A stretch of DNA of 58,487 nt from a bacterium (GCA_030018505.1 JASEHO010000001.1:1-58487); one strand, 5' to 3'; shown: positions 45,693 through 54,616, counted from the stretch's first letter. Translations and numbers: made by a program. The notes: generated from the sequence alone by a model not told the origin.

Positions 45693-46207
45693 TTGACCTT
45701 TTTTTTCTCGCCTTTAATCTTATCCCTGTAATAGAGAAACCCCTGCTTTTTTCCAAGCTCATACAGCTCCTTTGTTATCTCTACATCATATTCGCAATAC
45801 TCAAGAAGCTTATCAATCTTTCCCTCTCTATACCATTTAATGGCATCCAGACCACTTCCCTTTTTACCCTTTCCTAAATTCTCCAAAGCCAAATGATCAA
45901 GGCTTAACCTAAAGCCCAACTCCTTCTGTAATTCTCTCATTAAGTCAAGGGTGGGAAGGCTGAATAGGTCCTTTTCTGTGTATGGCTTCAAAACATAATA
46001 GTCAAACCCTAAGATGTTAAAACCAATGACAAGTGAAGCAGAGAATAAATTTTCTATCAGCTCTTGAACCTGGTTATCTCTAAAATGAATGAACCTATTC
46101 TCCTCTTCTGAAAAGGCAGCAGCACAAGAGACGACAAGATCCTCTTTTTTCCCACCTGTCTCCTGAAAGCTCTTCTTTGTCTCTACATCAAAAAATACTC
46201 TACCCAT
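45680..46207 (-). CDS. DEDD-type 3'-5' exonuclease (RNase H-like fold, PolB-exo/YprB-like)
   Basis: Exo I FFDVET, Exo II GFNILGFDYYVL, Exo III YCEYDVEITKELY. The ATG at 46207 (MGRVFFDVET) is preferred over the track start. Confidence 0.6.
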   Translation of the reverse strand: MGRVFFDVETKKSFQETGGKKEDLVVSCAAAFSEEENRFIHFRDNQVQELIENLFSASLVIGFNILGFDYYVLKPYTEKDLFSLPTLDLMRELQKELGFRLSLDHLALENLGKGKKGSGLDAIKWYREGKIDKLLEYCEYDVEITKELYELGKKQGFLYYRDKIKGEKKKVKCLW

Positions 46208-46321
46208 AAACTGTAATTTCCAATATTTCGCCCCCTTTGAGCTATATTGGTTATTGTAAGTCAAAATTATCTTAAAATACCTCTTTATTTCTTTTACTAT
46301 GTTTTATAAAACAATAAGGCG

Positions 46322-49300
46322 TTATATGTTAACTTCTTTGCCACATCTTTTCTCCTTTAATTTCTCCTCTATTACTTTTGCCAATTTGGGATAGCGGCGG
46401 AAATACCAGTTCTCTACCTCTTTGGTGTCGTCTTCGTTCAGGTTGTACATCTGATAGACCAGCTTGTCTATCTCTATTTGCTCGTTGGTCATGTAGTCGT
46501 AGCGGAGGTTTTGCTTTTGCTTGGTGATGATTTGGGAGATGAGGATTTTTAATCTATTTAGGTTTGTCAGCAAAAGAATCTTTTTAACATCTTCTATTCC
46601 ATAATTCACTGTGTGATTAATAAATATTCTGGATAAATAGCGGGTTAGCTTAGAACATAACAGGCCCAACACTTCTTCTATGTCATGTGCAATGTTGAGA
46701 ATATCAGAACTACCATGATCAAAAGGTCCTTCGTAATTTAATCTGAAGGTAGGACAATATATGCCAGCCCAAGAAAAGCTTATCCCCTTCCTGAAATAAA
46801 AATCAGCGTTCTGGAATCTGGAGCACAATTTATTAGATCCCCTGCCGTCTCTCTCCACAATCGTTAGGGTCTTCATCCTCCTGACCGCCTCTTCTGACCA
46901 ATCGATAAAGTAATCCGTCGGCACATAGTAATTAGGCAGCCAGCCTTCTTCGATGTCAGAGGCACCTCCCTTGTCGTAAGGCACAAAATATCTCCTGCCA
47001 AAATATCGCTCAGGGTCTTTGCCCCTTTCCTTGCAAATCCCTTTTTCAATAACCCGTTTCCTCAATTCCTCATCATTGACAATCCTTTCCAGATCATCTT
47101 CAGTTAAAACCAGATCAAAATCCACCATTGGATAGTTCTTGCCAACGCCCTTAATCCGTTCCCTTGATTGTCTCAGATAGTAATCATTATCACCTGTTGC
47201 CAACCCCTGTTTCACCTCAGCCACATCCCCAAGCTTCACCAGCTCCAGCTCCTTGCCATTAAACTCCACCAGATAGGTATCTGGCTCTTTATCTACCTCT
47301 CCCAGTTCAAACTCTCTATGCTTCTTATTCCCCACATCCCGCATCAAGCCAAAGAGCTTTGGTGAGGCAATGAAGAATGAATGATTGGAAAAGCGGGTGA
47401 TAAGCTTCTGTCTGTAAGCAAAGATAGCCATATCTCTATCAGACCAAATTGTATCACCATCCTTTGACTCATCAAAGCCCTTGTGTTCCATCAGTAGCTC
47501 AAAGGCAGCCTCTACATCTCCTTTTTCAATAGACAGCGGTGAGAAATCCGCAGCTAATATCCAGTTATTTCCACCTTCTTCGGGTTTAAATCGTTTAATA
47601 AAGGAGTAAACCCCAGGATTGACTGTGGCGGCAAAGGTATCATTTGGCACAGAGATTAGGTATTGAACATCAGTTTGACTTAACAACTGGTCGCGTAATT
47701 CCTTGTGAGTTCGGATAGTCTGCCAGGTGTCAGACATAATGAAGGAGAGTGTGCCACCTGGTCGAAGTATCTTCAAGGCAAGAGAGGTAAACAGACCATA
47801 GCTATCTTTGCTTCCCAGCCTAAACTCATCCTTGACTGTTGTGGGCACCTTCACCCCATAGGGCGGGTTGCCGATAACAATATCAAACCCTTCCTTCATC
47901 GATATAATCTCAAAGAAATCCAGCCCCCAGTTAAAGAGATTGCAAAGGCTATCGACATTATTCAAATGCCCCTGCAACTTTTGTATCTCTTTTTTAATTA
48001 TCTCCTTAAAAGGCAATTCCGCCTGACTTTTATATTCCGCAAATAGTTCCAGTTGACTCTCTAATCGAGCCAATTCCTGTTCTGCTTCCTTTATTTTCAT
48101 CCTGAAGAACCATCTGACCAAATCTTTCTTTGCCCTCTCTATCTTAACCTTCGCCTTATCCTTGGCCTCTTTGGTAGGTAACTCCTCGTAATCTCTTTTG
48201 AGCTTTACGAAATTATCCAGCAAATCAGCGCCTTGCGTATCTAATTTAACCTTCTTTTCTATATCAAAGGGATAATCACCAACCTTTGATATTAGGCTGT
48301 CCCCTTCAATGATATGGAAGTCAAGGTTAGGAAGTGGTGGAATATCCTTAATATCCTCTACCTCTAAATCAACTATCAGAGAAAGCCACAATCGCAGGTT
48401 AGCCAGATTGACCGCCCTTCTTTGAATATCCACGCCATAGATATTATTCTCAATAATCTGGCGCTTCAGGTGATAGCGGTAATCCTTCTGTTCTGTTTTT
48501 TGGAGTGCATTGACCATGTCAATGCATGCATCGTCACGGACGATGCACTCCATATTAGAATCAATCGCCTTAACAATCTCCACCATCTTGAGCAAAATCC
48601 CCACAGCAAAAGCCCCAGAGCCAACCCCAGGGTCAACAATCTTGACCTTTAATAATGCCTCTCTTATTCCAGTCAGTTCATCTTCTGCAAAACCATCCAC
48701 ATCTAAATTAAACACCAGTCTTCTTAGCAGATTTTTGTTTATATTATTAGCGGATAAATAATTTAGAAGGGAGTGCTTAACCATAAAAGCCACAATAAAC
48801 TTAGGGGTGTAATAGCTCCCTGTGCTCCGTCTGGGATCAGGAATATCTTTAAACTCCTGATGTTCAAGGTTCAAAATCAACTGCTCAAAGATAGTTCCCA
48901 GCATCTCAGGGTCAATAGCCACTTCCTGCTCAAATTCGGTATCCTCACGAACAGTAAAATTATATCGTTCTAACAGGTCGGAAAATATAACCTTAAAAAT
49001 CTCATTGGGTATGATGACCTCTTCCTCTGTATCCTCATACTCAAACAAGCCGCCGTTTAAGAAAGGGATATTGTTAAATCGACCGTTGCTATACTTGGGA
49101 TTAGAGAGTTTTTTAAAGACTGGTATCAAAAACTCCTGGTAATAATTTACCTTGTCTTTTAGGCATAACTTAAGATTATCATAAAGATAATAGGGGTTTT
49201 CATTCAGTAGCCTCTTCTTCTGAATATAGTAGAGGAAAAAGAGACGGTTAAAGAGATTTTGGGTAAATAAATCTGCCTTCTCCTGGGTTATCTTATTTGT

Positions 49301-49870
49301 CCTTTTAACCTCATCCCGAAGTAGCTTGTAATAGTGAACAAAGTCTCGATAAAAATCTCTGGTAACTGCCTCTACATCAAAGGCCTGGTTACATCTATTA
49401 TGGATAACCAAAGGGGAATCAGAATCAGATACCTCTAACAGGGCTATTCTTTCTGCGGCAGTTCTGAGCCGTTCGGTCTTTCCAACAACAATCCTTCTAA
49501 ATGGCCGTATTTTTCTTTCGAGCTTTTGCTTTTCTAGTTCAATATATTTTAGACTGGTAAAATGCCACTCTGAGAAATCCGGGCTGGTAAAAACAACTAA
49601 GGAATGAGAATAACGGTTTGCAATCTGATTAAATATTTCGCGTTCATCTCCCTTTAGAAGACGCTTTATCCGACACAGGATAATCTTAAACTCACCTAAC
49701 TCAGCAATGATCTTCAGGTCTTCAACTTGTGGTTGATATTTAGGGGTGAGCACTTCAAGAATATTTTGCCTGCTCATCTCGAAGTCAAGCTCTTCTATAA
49801 AGAGTCTGGCGAGATCGGCTTCGGTATTCAAAGCCTCAAGTAATTCTCTGATGCGTTTCGAATCAGCCAT
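46322..49870 (-). CDS. Eco57I/PglX-like gamma-class N6-adenine DNA methyltransferase with a C-terminal target-recognition domain
   Basis: STGSYYTPKFIV (motif X), VDPGVGSGAF (motif I, nt 48608-48634), VIGNPPYG (motif IV, NPPY at nt 47858-47869), and a TRD-type KLGDVAEVKQGLATGDNDYYL. The N-terminal module reads ...FRRIVVGKTERLRTAAERIALL...FDVEAVTRDFYRDF. Confidence 0.85.
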   Translation of the reverse strand: MADSKRIRELLEALNTEADLARLFIEELDFEMSRQNILEVLTPKYQPQVEDLKIIAELGEFKIILCRIKRLLKGDEREIFNQIANRYSHSLVVFTSPDFSEWHFTSLKYIELEKQKLERKIRPFRRIVVGKTERLRTAAERIALLEVSDSDSPLVIHNRCNQAFDVEAVTRDFYRDFVHYYKLLRDEVKRTNKITQEKADLFTQNLFNRLFFLYYIQKKRLLNENPYYLYDNLKLCLKDKVNYYQEFLIPVFKKLSNPKYSNGRFNNIPFLNGGLFEYEDTEEEVIIPNEIFKVIFSDLLERYNFTVREDTEFEQEVAIDPEMLGTIFEQLILNLEHQEFKDIPDPRRSTGSYYTPKFIVAFMVKHSLLNYLSANNINKNLLRRLVFNLDVDGFAEDELTGIREALLKVKIVDPGVGSGAFAVGILLKMVEIVKAIDSNMECIVRDDACIDMVNALQKTEQKDYRYHLKRQIIENNIYGVDIQRRAVNLANLRLWLSLIVDLEVEDIKDIPPLPNLDFHIIEGDSLISKVGDYPFDIEKKVKLDTQGADLLDNFVKLKRDYEELPTKEAKDKAKVKIERAKKDLVRWFFRMKIKEAEQELARLESQLELFAEYKSQAELPFKEIIKKEIQKLQGHLNNVDSLCNLFNWGLDFFEIISMKEGFDIVIGNPPYGVKVPTTVKDEFRLGSKDSYGLFTSLALKILRPGGTLSFIMSDTWQTIRTHKELRDQLLSQTDVQYLISVPNDTFAATVNPGVYSFIKRFKPEEGGNNWILAADFSPLSIEKGDVEAAFELLMEHKGFDESKDGDTIWSDRDMAIFAYRQKLITRFSNHSFFIASPKLFGLMRDVGNKKHREFELGEVDKEPDTYLVEFNGKELELVKLGDVAEVKQGLATGDNDYYLRQSRERIKGVGKNYPMVDFDLVLTEDDLERIVNDEELRKRVIEKGICKERGKDPERYFGRRYFVPYDKGGASDIEEGWLPNYYVPTDYFIDWSEEAVRRMKTLTIVERDGRGSNKLCSRFQNADFYFRKGISFSWAGIYCPTFRLNYEGPFDHGSSDILNIAHDIEEVLGLLCSKLTRYLSRIFINHTVNYGIEDVKKILLLTNLNRLKILISQIITKQKQNLRYDYMTNEQIEIDKLVYQMYNLNEDDTKEVENWYFRRYPKLAKVIEEKLKEKRCGKEVNI

Positions 49871-50468
49871 TTATTAAACCCTCCACATTTGCTTCTTCAA
49901 TTAACTTAACGCCATCCCTTAGATATCCAACATTCAAATGGTGTTTTAGGAGATAAACTATCTTCTCTTTCTGAAGGCACTTTTCGTATAAAGCTTCCAG
50001 GTGCCCACCGGGATTGATGTAAAGAAATAAATAACAGTCTATCAACTTTAATATCAATTTATCCCTGACCTGTACTCTCTTAATCGAGATACATTTTTGT
50101 TTCAGGTATGGCGAAATTACCAGTAGATTGCCTTCATTGTATGGCTTTTCAAGATAATCTGGCAAGCTAAAGCTTTTGATACCCTTAGCCAGAAAATAGA
50201 TTATTTGAGCACAAGCAGAGGTATTTTGAGCCTTGTAGTTTTTTAACATCCTTTTCTCCATAACCGACTGCCAGCCACCAGCCAGGACTATAGGTAGTGA
50301 TAGCATTCTCAAGAAAAGCTCATTTGCCTGATGATAAATACTTAAAGGAATCTCTCTTGAGCAAAACACTGCCACTGTACTTTTTTTAAGCAATTCTATC
50401 TTGCCTGAATAATAGAAATCATTCTGTTTAATTCCTTCCATAGTGAATCTCACATTCAAAATGCTCAA
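49863..50468 (-). CDS. DprA/Smf-like Rossmann (SLOG-type) protein
   Basis: STVAVFCSRE...PIVLAGGWQSVMEKRML...LLVISPY...VQVRDKLILKLIDCYLFLYINPGG follows the layout of the DprA core (AIVGSR / SGLA.GID / LLSE.P / F..RNR.I..L....vvvEa...SG). The TTG start at 50468 has AGGA 9 nt upstream; an alternative ATG lies at 50441. Its stop overlaps the methyltransferase ATG by 8 nt (ATGGCTGA). Confidence 0.55.
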   Translation of the reverse strand: MSILNVRFTMEGIKQNDFYYSGKIELLKKSTVAVFCSREIPLSIYHQANELFLRMLSLPIVLAGGWQSVMEKRMLKNYKAQNTSACAQIIYFLAKGIKSFSLPDYLEKPYNEGNLLVISPYLKQKCISIKRVQVRDKLILKLIDCYLFLYINPGGHLEALYEKCLQKEKIVYLLKHHLNVGYLRDGVKLIEEANVEGLING

Positions 50469-50492
50469 AAAGCAAATTCCTATCAGTTCAGC

Positions 50493-53400
50493 TTAAACCA
50501 AAATCTCCCCACAAATAAATTCTATTGACTCAACTTTTGAGGGAGACTTAAACCTATTGACAATTTCACCTAACTTCTCTTTATTATAGATATTGACCAG
50601 TTCGTTGAAATACTCTTCTTCTGAGTATTTTTGTTTATTTAGTCTTTTCAGGACTGGGACTAAGTGATAAGGAAAATATTCATTCAGGGCAGCATCTATC
50701 TTCTCAGCATTTTCAATAAAATCTTGAGTTTCTGCATCAGAAATAAGTTCCTGAAGCCTCCTCTTTGTTCTTCTAACCTCAGGATGAACTCGCTCTTTAA
50801 TCTCACCTTTTTCAAGTGATGCTTTAGTAAAAGCTTTTAACTCATTTAAGTCATTAAAGTATCTCTCCTTATCTTTCCCTGTAACTGCTTTTTCAGGACA
50901 GTGTCTTTCGCATCGAATCTCATTAATTACTTTTGAAAAGTCGTCAATAATAGTCCCATCCGGTTGTTTTATTAATAAGTTAGCTCGGCAACCACTTCGG
51001 AAAAAAGCATAAGTGCCCTTACTTCCCACACCTTCTTTTGCTGAGCGAAGTCCTAATTGCATCTTCTTTATCAGAGAAAGGTACTCAGGGTTATCCTTTT
51101 CAATTTGTCTGATAATATTCTCTGCCTCTTCAAAGCTAAATTCAACATCCCCTTGTTTCTCAAGCTCGTCAATATCCTTTTTATCATAAATGGTGTACAT
51201 TGCCTCTTGATTAAGCTGCTCATCTTCCTCTAATATCTGACTATCCTCACCGATATATGAATGGATTTCCTCAATCCTTCTTTGCAAATGGTCTTTCAGA
51301 TTAATCTCCTTTTCTACTTCATCAACAGGCAAAAAGTTTCTCACCAAAATAACATCAGCCTTTGAGCCAATCCTATCCACCCTTCCAGCGCGTTGTATCA
51401 GTCTAACAGGATTCCAATGAAGGTCATAATTTATTACTGCACTGCAATCCTGCAAATTATGTCCTTCTCCTAAGACATCTGTAGCAACCATAATATCAAT
51501 TCTTTCCTGACCATCGTAGTCATTGGCCTCTGGAGAAAATGCTTGAATCTTTCTTAATATATTCTTTGTATCACCTGTGGCATAATCTACCAGTTCAAAG
51601 CTCTTTGTCAATTTATCCTTCAAGTAGTTAACCGTATCTGCATATTCACTGAAGATTAAAATCTTCTCTTTTTTATCCTGGTATTTAATTTCCTCGATAA
51701 TCTCTCTAAGTCGTTCCAGTTTTTTATCATCGTCTTCAGGTATGGTATTCAGGTCTTTGGACACTTTTTCAAAAATATCTATGTCATGTTTCAAGTCCTT
51801 TTTTAATTTAGCAATATCAAAATCCTCCGCCTTATAATCTTTGGCTAATTCTTCTATTCCATCCAATAGACCATTAAGGTCACAACGGTACATCCTTTCC
51901 TGTATCTTTTCTCCAGCCGGCACTATCCCTTTTTTCTCAACTACTGTTTTGAACTTCATATAAATCCCAAGAAGGTTTTTAATGGTCATCCTGAAGGCAA
52001 ATATGGAGCTTTCCAGCCTTTTGAAAAGATTTATCTTGTGAAACACCTTCAGAGTACCTACAACACCTTTTAAGTCTGTATATGGCTTTTGATTCTTTTT
52101 ATCATCAAGCACATACTTCCACAGATTATAGCGAGCATAAGTCAGACTACTTAATAATCCTCTAATCTGTTTATAGAGGTTATGGTAAGTATCGTTGATG
52201 TTGTAAGTGATGGTCTTCAAATCTCTTTCAGGGAATTCAATCTCAAATTCATCCTGGCCTTTATAAAATTGCTTGATATGGTTTCTTGTTCTTCTAATCA
52301 GGATATGCTTTAGCAATTCTTTGATAGGGAATTTACCTTCCTCTGCTTTTTTAAATAGGTTCCTTAGATGAGCCTCTCCCACTGGAAAGATATTTTCTTC
52401 ACTTTGAGCAAAGAGCTTTATCTGGTTATAGATATTCCAGAGAGAGGTGTTTTGTGGGGTAGCGGTCATCAGGATAACCTGCTTGTTTATCAGGAAAGGT
52501 TGGAGTTCTTGATACATTTTAGCCTTACTGTTTCTGAAATGGTGACTTTCATCAATCAAGACTACATCTCTACCCTCATATTTCTTCAAGATACTTTCTT
52601 TATTATAACTTCCTTTATATAGCATCCCGCGAGAGATAATCTGCAAATCAATCTTGAACTTCTCGCCAAATTTTTCCCACATCTCAACCAGCCCCGGAGG
52701 AGAAATAACCAGAGCACGCTTATTTAACTGACGCAAAAGCCCTGCTCCAATAAAGGTTTTTCCCAGACCAACCACATCACTAATAAACACACCGTTATAC
52801 TCATTCAACCATTGATATGCCTGCATAATGGCTACCTTCTGAAAAGAATAGAGCGGCGGCATATCATCCCAATTCCAGATGGTTGAGGTATGTTTTTCAA
52901 GATTGCCCTTAACTAAATGATAAAGGGTAAGGATGTAAATATCATAAGGGTTGACTGTCTTTAATGCCCAGGACTCTTCAATCTTTGAGGTTAATTCCTG
53001 CTCAAAATCAATCGCCTCCTCCCAGAGCTTATCAAACCAGTCATTCATCTCTTCAAAGTTTTTTTGACCCCTGACATAGGTGTTCAGTTCAGTATTGTGG
53101 TGAAATCCGCTTATGGTAAGGTTGCTTGAGCCAATAATCCCAATTCCTTCGGCGGCTGAAGCCCTGGCCACATCATCCTTATGCTTAAAGATATACGCCT
53201 TGGCATGAAGCGGGTGTTTGGTGTAAAGTTTGATTTTTATCTTTCTACTTTTTATCAACTTACAAAGTCGGCGTAGTTTATCTTCCTTGTCTAATGAATG
53301 AGGAAGGGCGGCGATATTTGAACCAACAGCATTACCTATGGTTGTTTTTATCTTCTCCTTTTCAGATTTACGCTGGATTTCAACATCTTCTTTCAGTTCT

Positions 53401-53630
53401 TCTTCGCTGGCAATATTTTCTGCTAAGAATTCAATAGCATCTTTACTCAGAGTGCCAGCCAGAATTTTAGCATTTTCAAGCTCCCCTAATCTCTCGGCAA
53501 TCTGGTAGAGTCCGGAGGGATAGAGGTAACCCACTGCAAACTTTACCTCTTTTGCTCCACTAAGCCGGTCGTTAATCTCGTCCTTTAAGTATTTCTTTCT
53601 ATTGTCAATGATGTCTGAATAATCACCCAT
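50493..53630 (-). CDS. PLD (HKD) nuclease domain fused to an SNF2-family helicase/translocase
   Basis: HKD-type LHAKAYIF...GIIGSSNLT (aa 142-170, nt 53121-53207). SNF2 motifs: DVVGLGKT (I, GLGKT at nt 52755-52769), DESHHFRN (II), LMTATPQNT (III), QRAGRVDRIGS (VI). AAGGAG lies 7 nt before the ATG. Confidence 0.85.
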   Translation of the reverse strand: MGDYSDIIDNRKKYLKDEINDRLSGAKEVKFAVGYLYPSGLYQIAERLGELENAKILAGTLSKDAIEFLAENIASEEELKEDVEIQRKSEKEKIKTTIGNAVGSNIAALPHSLDKEDKLRRLCKLIKSRKIKIKLYTKHPLHAKAYIFKHKDDVARASAAEGIGIIGSSNLTISGFHHNTELNTYVRGQKNFEEMNDWFDKLWEEAIDFEQELTSKIEESWALKTVNPYDIYILTLYHLVKGNLEKHTSTIWNWDDMPPLYSFQKVAIMQAYQWLNEYNGVFISDVVGLGKTFIGAGLLRQLNKRALVISPPGLVEMWEKFGEKFKIDLQIISRGMLYKGSYNKESILKKYEGRDVVLIDESHHFRNSKAKMYQELQPFLINKQVILMTATPQNTSLWNIYNQIKLFAQSEENIFPVGEAHLRNLFKKAEEGKFPIKELLKHILIRRTRNHIKQFYKGQDEFEIEFPERDLKTITYNINDTYHNLYKQIRGLLSSLTYARYNLWKYVLDDKKNQKPYTDLKGVVGTLKVFHKINLFKRLESSIFAFRMTIKNLLGIYMKFKTVVEKKGIVPAGEKIQERMYRCDLNGLLDGIEELAKDYKAEDFDIAKLKKDLKHDIDIFEKVSKDLNTIPEDDDKKLERLREIIEEIKYQDKKEKILIFSEYADTVNYLKDKLTKSFELVDYATGDTKNILRKIQAFSPEANDYDGQERIDIMVATDVLGEGHNLQDCSAVINYDLHWNPVRLIQRAGRVDRIGSKADVILVRNFLPVDEVEKEINLKDHLQRRIEEIHSYIGEDSQILEEDEQLNQEAMYTIYDKKDIDELEKQGDVEFSFEEAENIIRQIEKDNPEYLSLIKKMQLGLRSAKEGVGSKGTYAFFRSGCRANLLIKQPDGTIIDDFSKVINEIRCERHCPEKAVTGKDKERYFNDLNELKAFTKASLEKGEIKERVHPEVRRTKRRLQELISDAETQDFIENAEKIDAALNEYFPYHLVPVLKRLNKQKYSEEEYFNELVNIYNKEKLGEIVNRFKSPSKVESIEFICGEILV

Positions 53631-53718
53631 GCACCTTCATCTCCTTATCATATTCCGTAATCCTCTTCTGATTTCCTCCTCACCTGGCAATTTAGCCTTA
53701 TATTCTGCTACAAATATC

Positions 53719-53903
53719 GTAACTATTTACCTAACTGAAGCAAAAAGACTGAAAGACTCGAGTTCACGGAGAATTTCACTAGCAAATTTAACAAAAGCAA
53801 ATTGATTATTTTAATTTGTAATGCTAAATGCTAAATTTGCAATTTGCTAGTGATCTTCTGTGCCCTCTGGTTAATCTTTACTTCAGATGGCTAAAGTGTT
53901 ATC
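53719..53903. repeat. Hairpin element, copy H
   Basis: gtaactatttacctaactgaagcaaaaagactgaaagactcgagttcacggagaatttcactagcaaattt ... aaatttgcaatttgctagtg ... ttacttcagatggctaaagtgttatc. The right end overlaps the pyrE stop. Confidence 0.75.
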
Positions 53904-54447
53904 ATAACCCTAAATCTTCTCGTGTAAAGATAGAGATAAAGTTATAGCCTTTTTCAGCAAACCTCTCTTTTGCACCCTCCAGCCTATCAACTATGGCGAT
54001 CACCTTTATTACTTTGCAACTGGCTTTTTCAACCTCAGAAATAGCCTTTTCTATAGAACCTCCTGTAGTAACAACATCATCCACAATCACCACCCTGGAG
54101 CCTTCTTTAATGGGACCCTCAATAAGCTTCATCATTCCATGTTTTTTGGGACTATTTCTAACAATAAAGGCTGGAATAGGAAAACCCTCTTTATAGCTTA
54201 TAGCAGCGACTGCTGAGACAATTGGGTCAGCGCCTATGGTCAGACCCCCAATCCCATCAACATTATCTTTCTTTAGCAATTCTATAATAATCTTTGCTAC
54301 CAGAAATGCCCCTTCAGGGTCTAAGGTTACCAGCTTTCCATCTATATAATAATGGCTTTTGCGACCAGAGGACAACTCTGCCGCCACCTTTTTAAGGGCT
54401 TTATCTTTGAGTATCTTCAATAACCTGCTTTTTTCTTTTTCTAACAT
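53902..54447 (-). CDS. pyrE: Orotate phosphoribosyltransferase
   Basis: PRPP-binding site VVIVDDVVTTGGS. The ATG at 54447 (MLEKEKSRLL) is preferred. Confidence 0.85.
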   Translation of the reverse strand: MLEKEKSRLLKILKDKALKKVAAELSSGRKSHYYIDGKLVTLDPEGAFLVAKIIIELLKKDNVDGIGGLTIGADPIVSAVAAISYKEGFPIPAFIVRNSPKKHGMMKLIEGPIKEGSRVVIVDDVVTTGGSIEKAISEVEKASCKVIKVIAIVDRLEGAKERFAEKGYNFISIFTREDLGL

Positions 54448-54541
54448 CACTATAAAATATACCAAAACTATAATTTCGGTTTTCAAAAACCGAACAATTT
54501 AAAATTTTGGCTCTTCTTTCGATTAATGGATAGTAATTATC

Positions 54542-54616
54542 TGGCTCCGCGGGCTGGATTCGAACCAGCAACCTAATGGTTAACAGCCATCCACTCTACC
54601 GTTGAGCTACCGCGGA
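54542..54616 (-). tRNA. tRNA-Asn (anticodon GTT), CCA encoded
   Basis: The reverse complement reads TCCGCGG TA GCTC AACGGTA GAGT G GATGG CTGTTAA CCATT AGGTT GCTGG TTCGAAT CCAGC CCGCGGA G CCA. Confidence 0.9.

Noticed and set aside
46322-53630. Classifying the helicase/DprA-like/MTase operon as DISARM class 1, BREX or a Type ISP enzyme
   Set aside because: The DISARM core genes drmA and drmB (DUF1998) are absent. The BREX genes pglZ, brxC and brxL are absent. Type ISP enzymes are single polypeptides with an Mrr nuclease. Only individual domains are shared, so I report it as unclassified.
54475-54494. The hairpin ttcggttt-tcaa-aaaccgaa between tRNA-Asn and pyrE, considered as an intrinsic terminator
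   Set aside because: It has a perfect 8-bp stem, but the stem is AT-rich and no immediate U-run follows on the minus strand. It is too weak to annotate.
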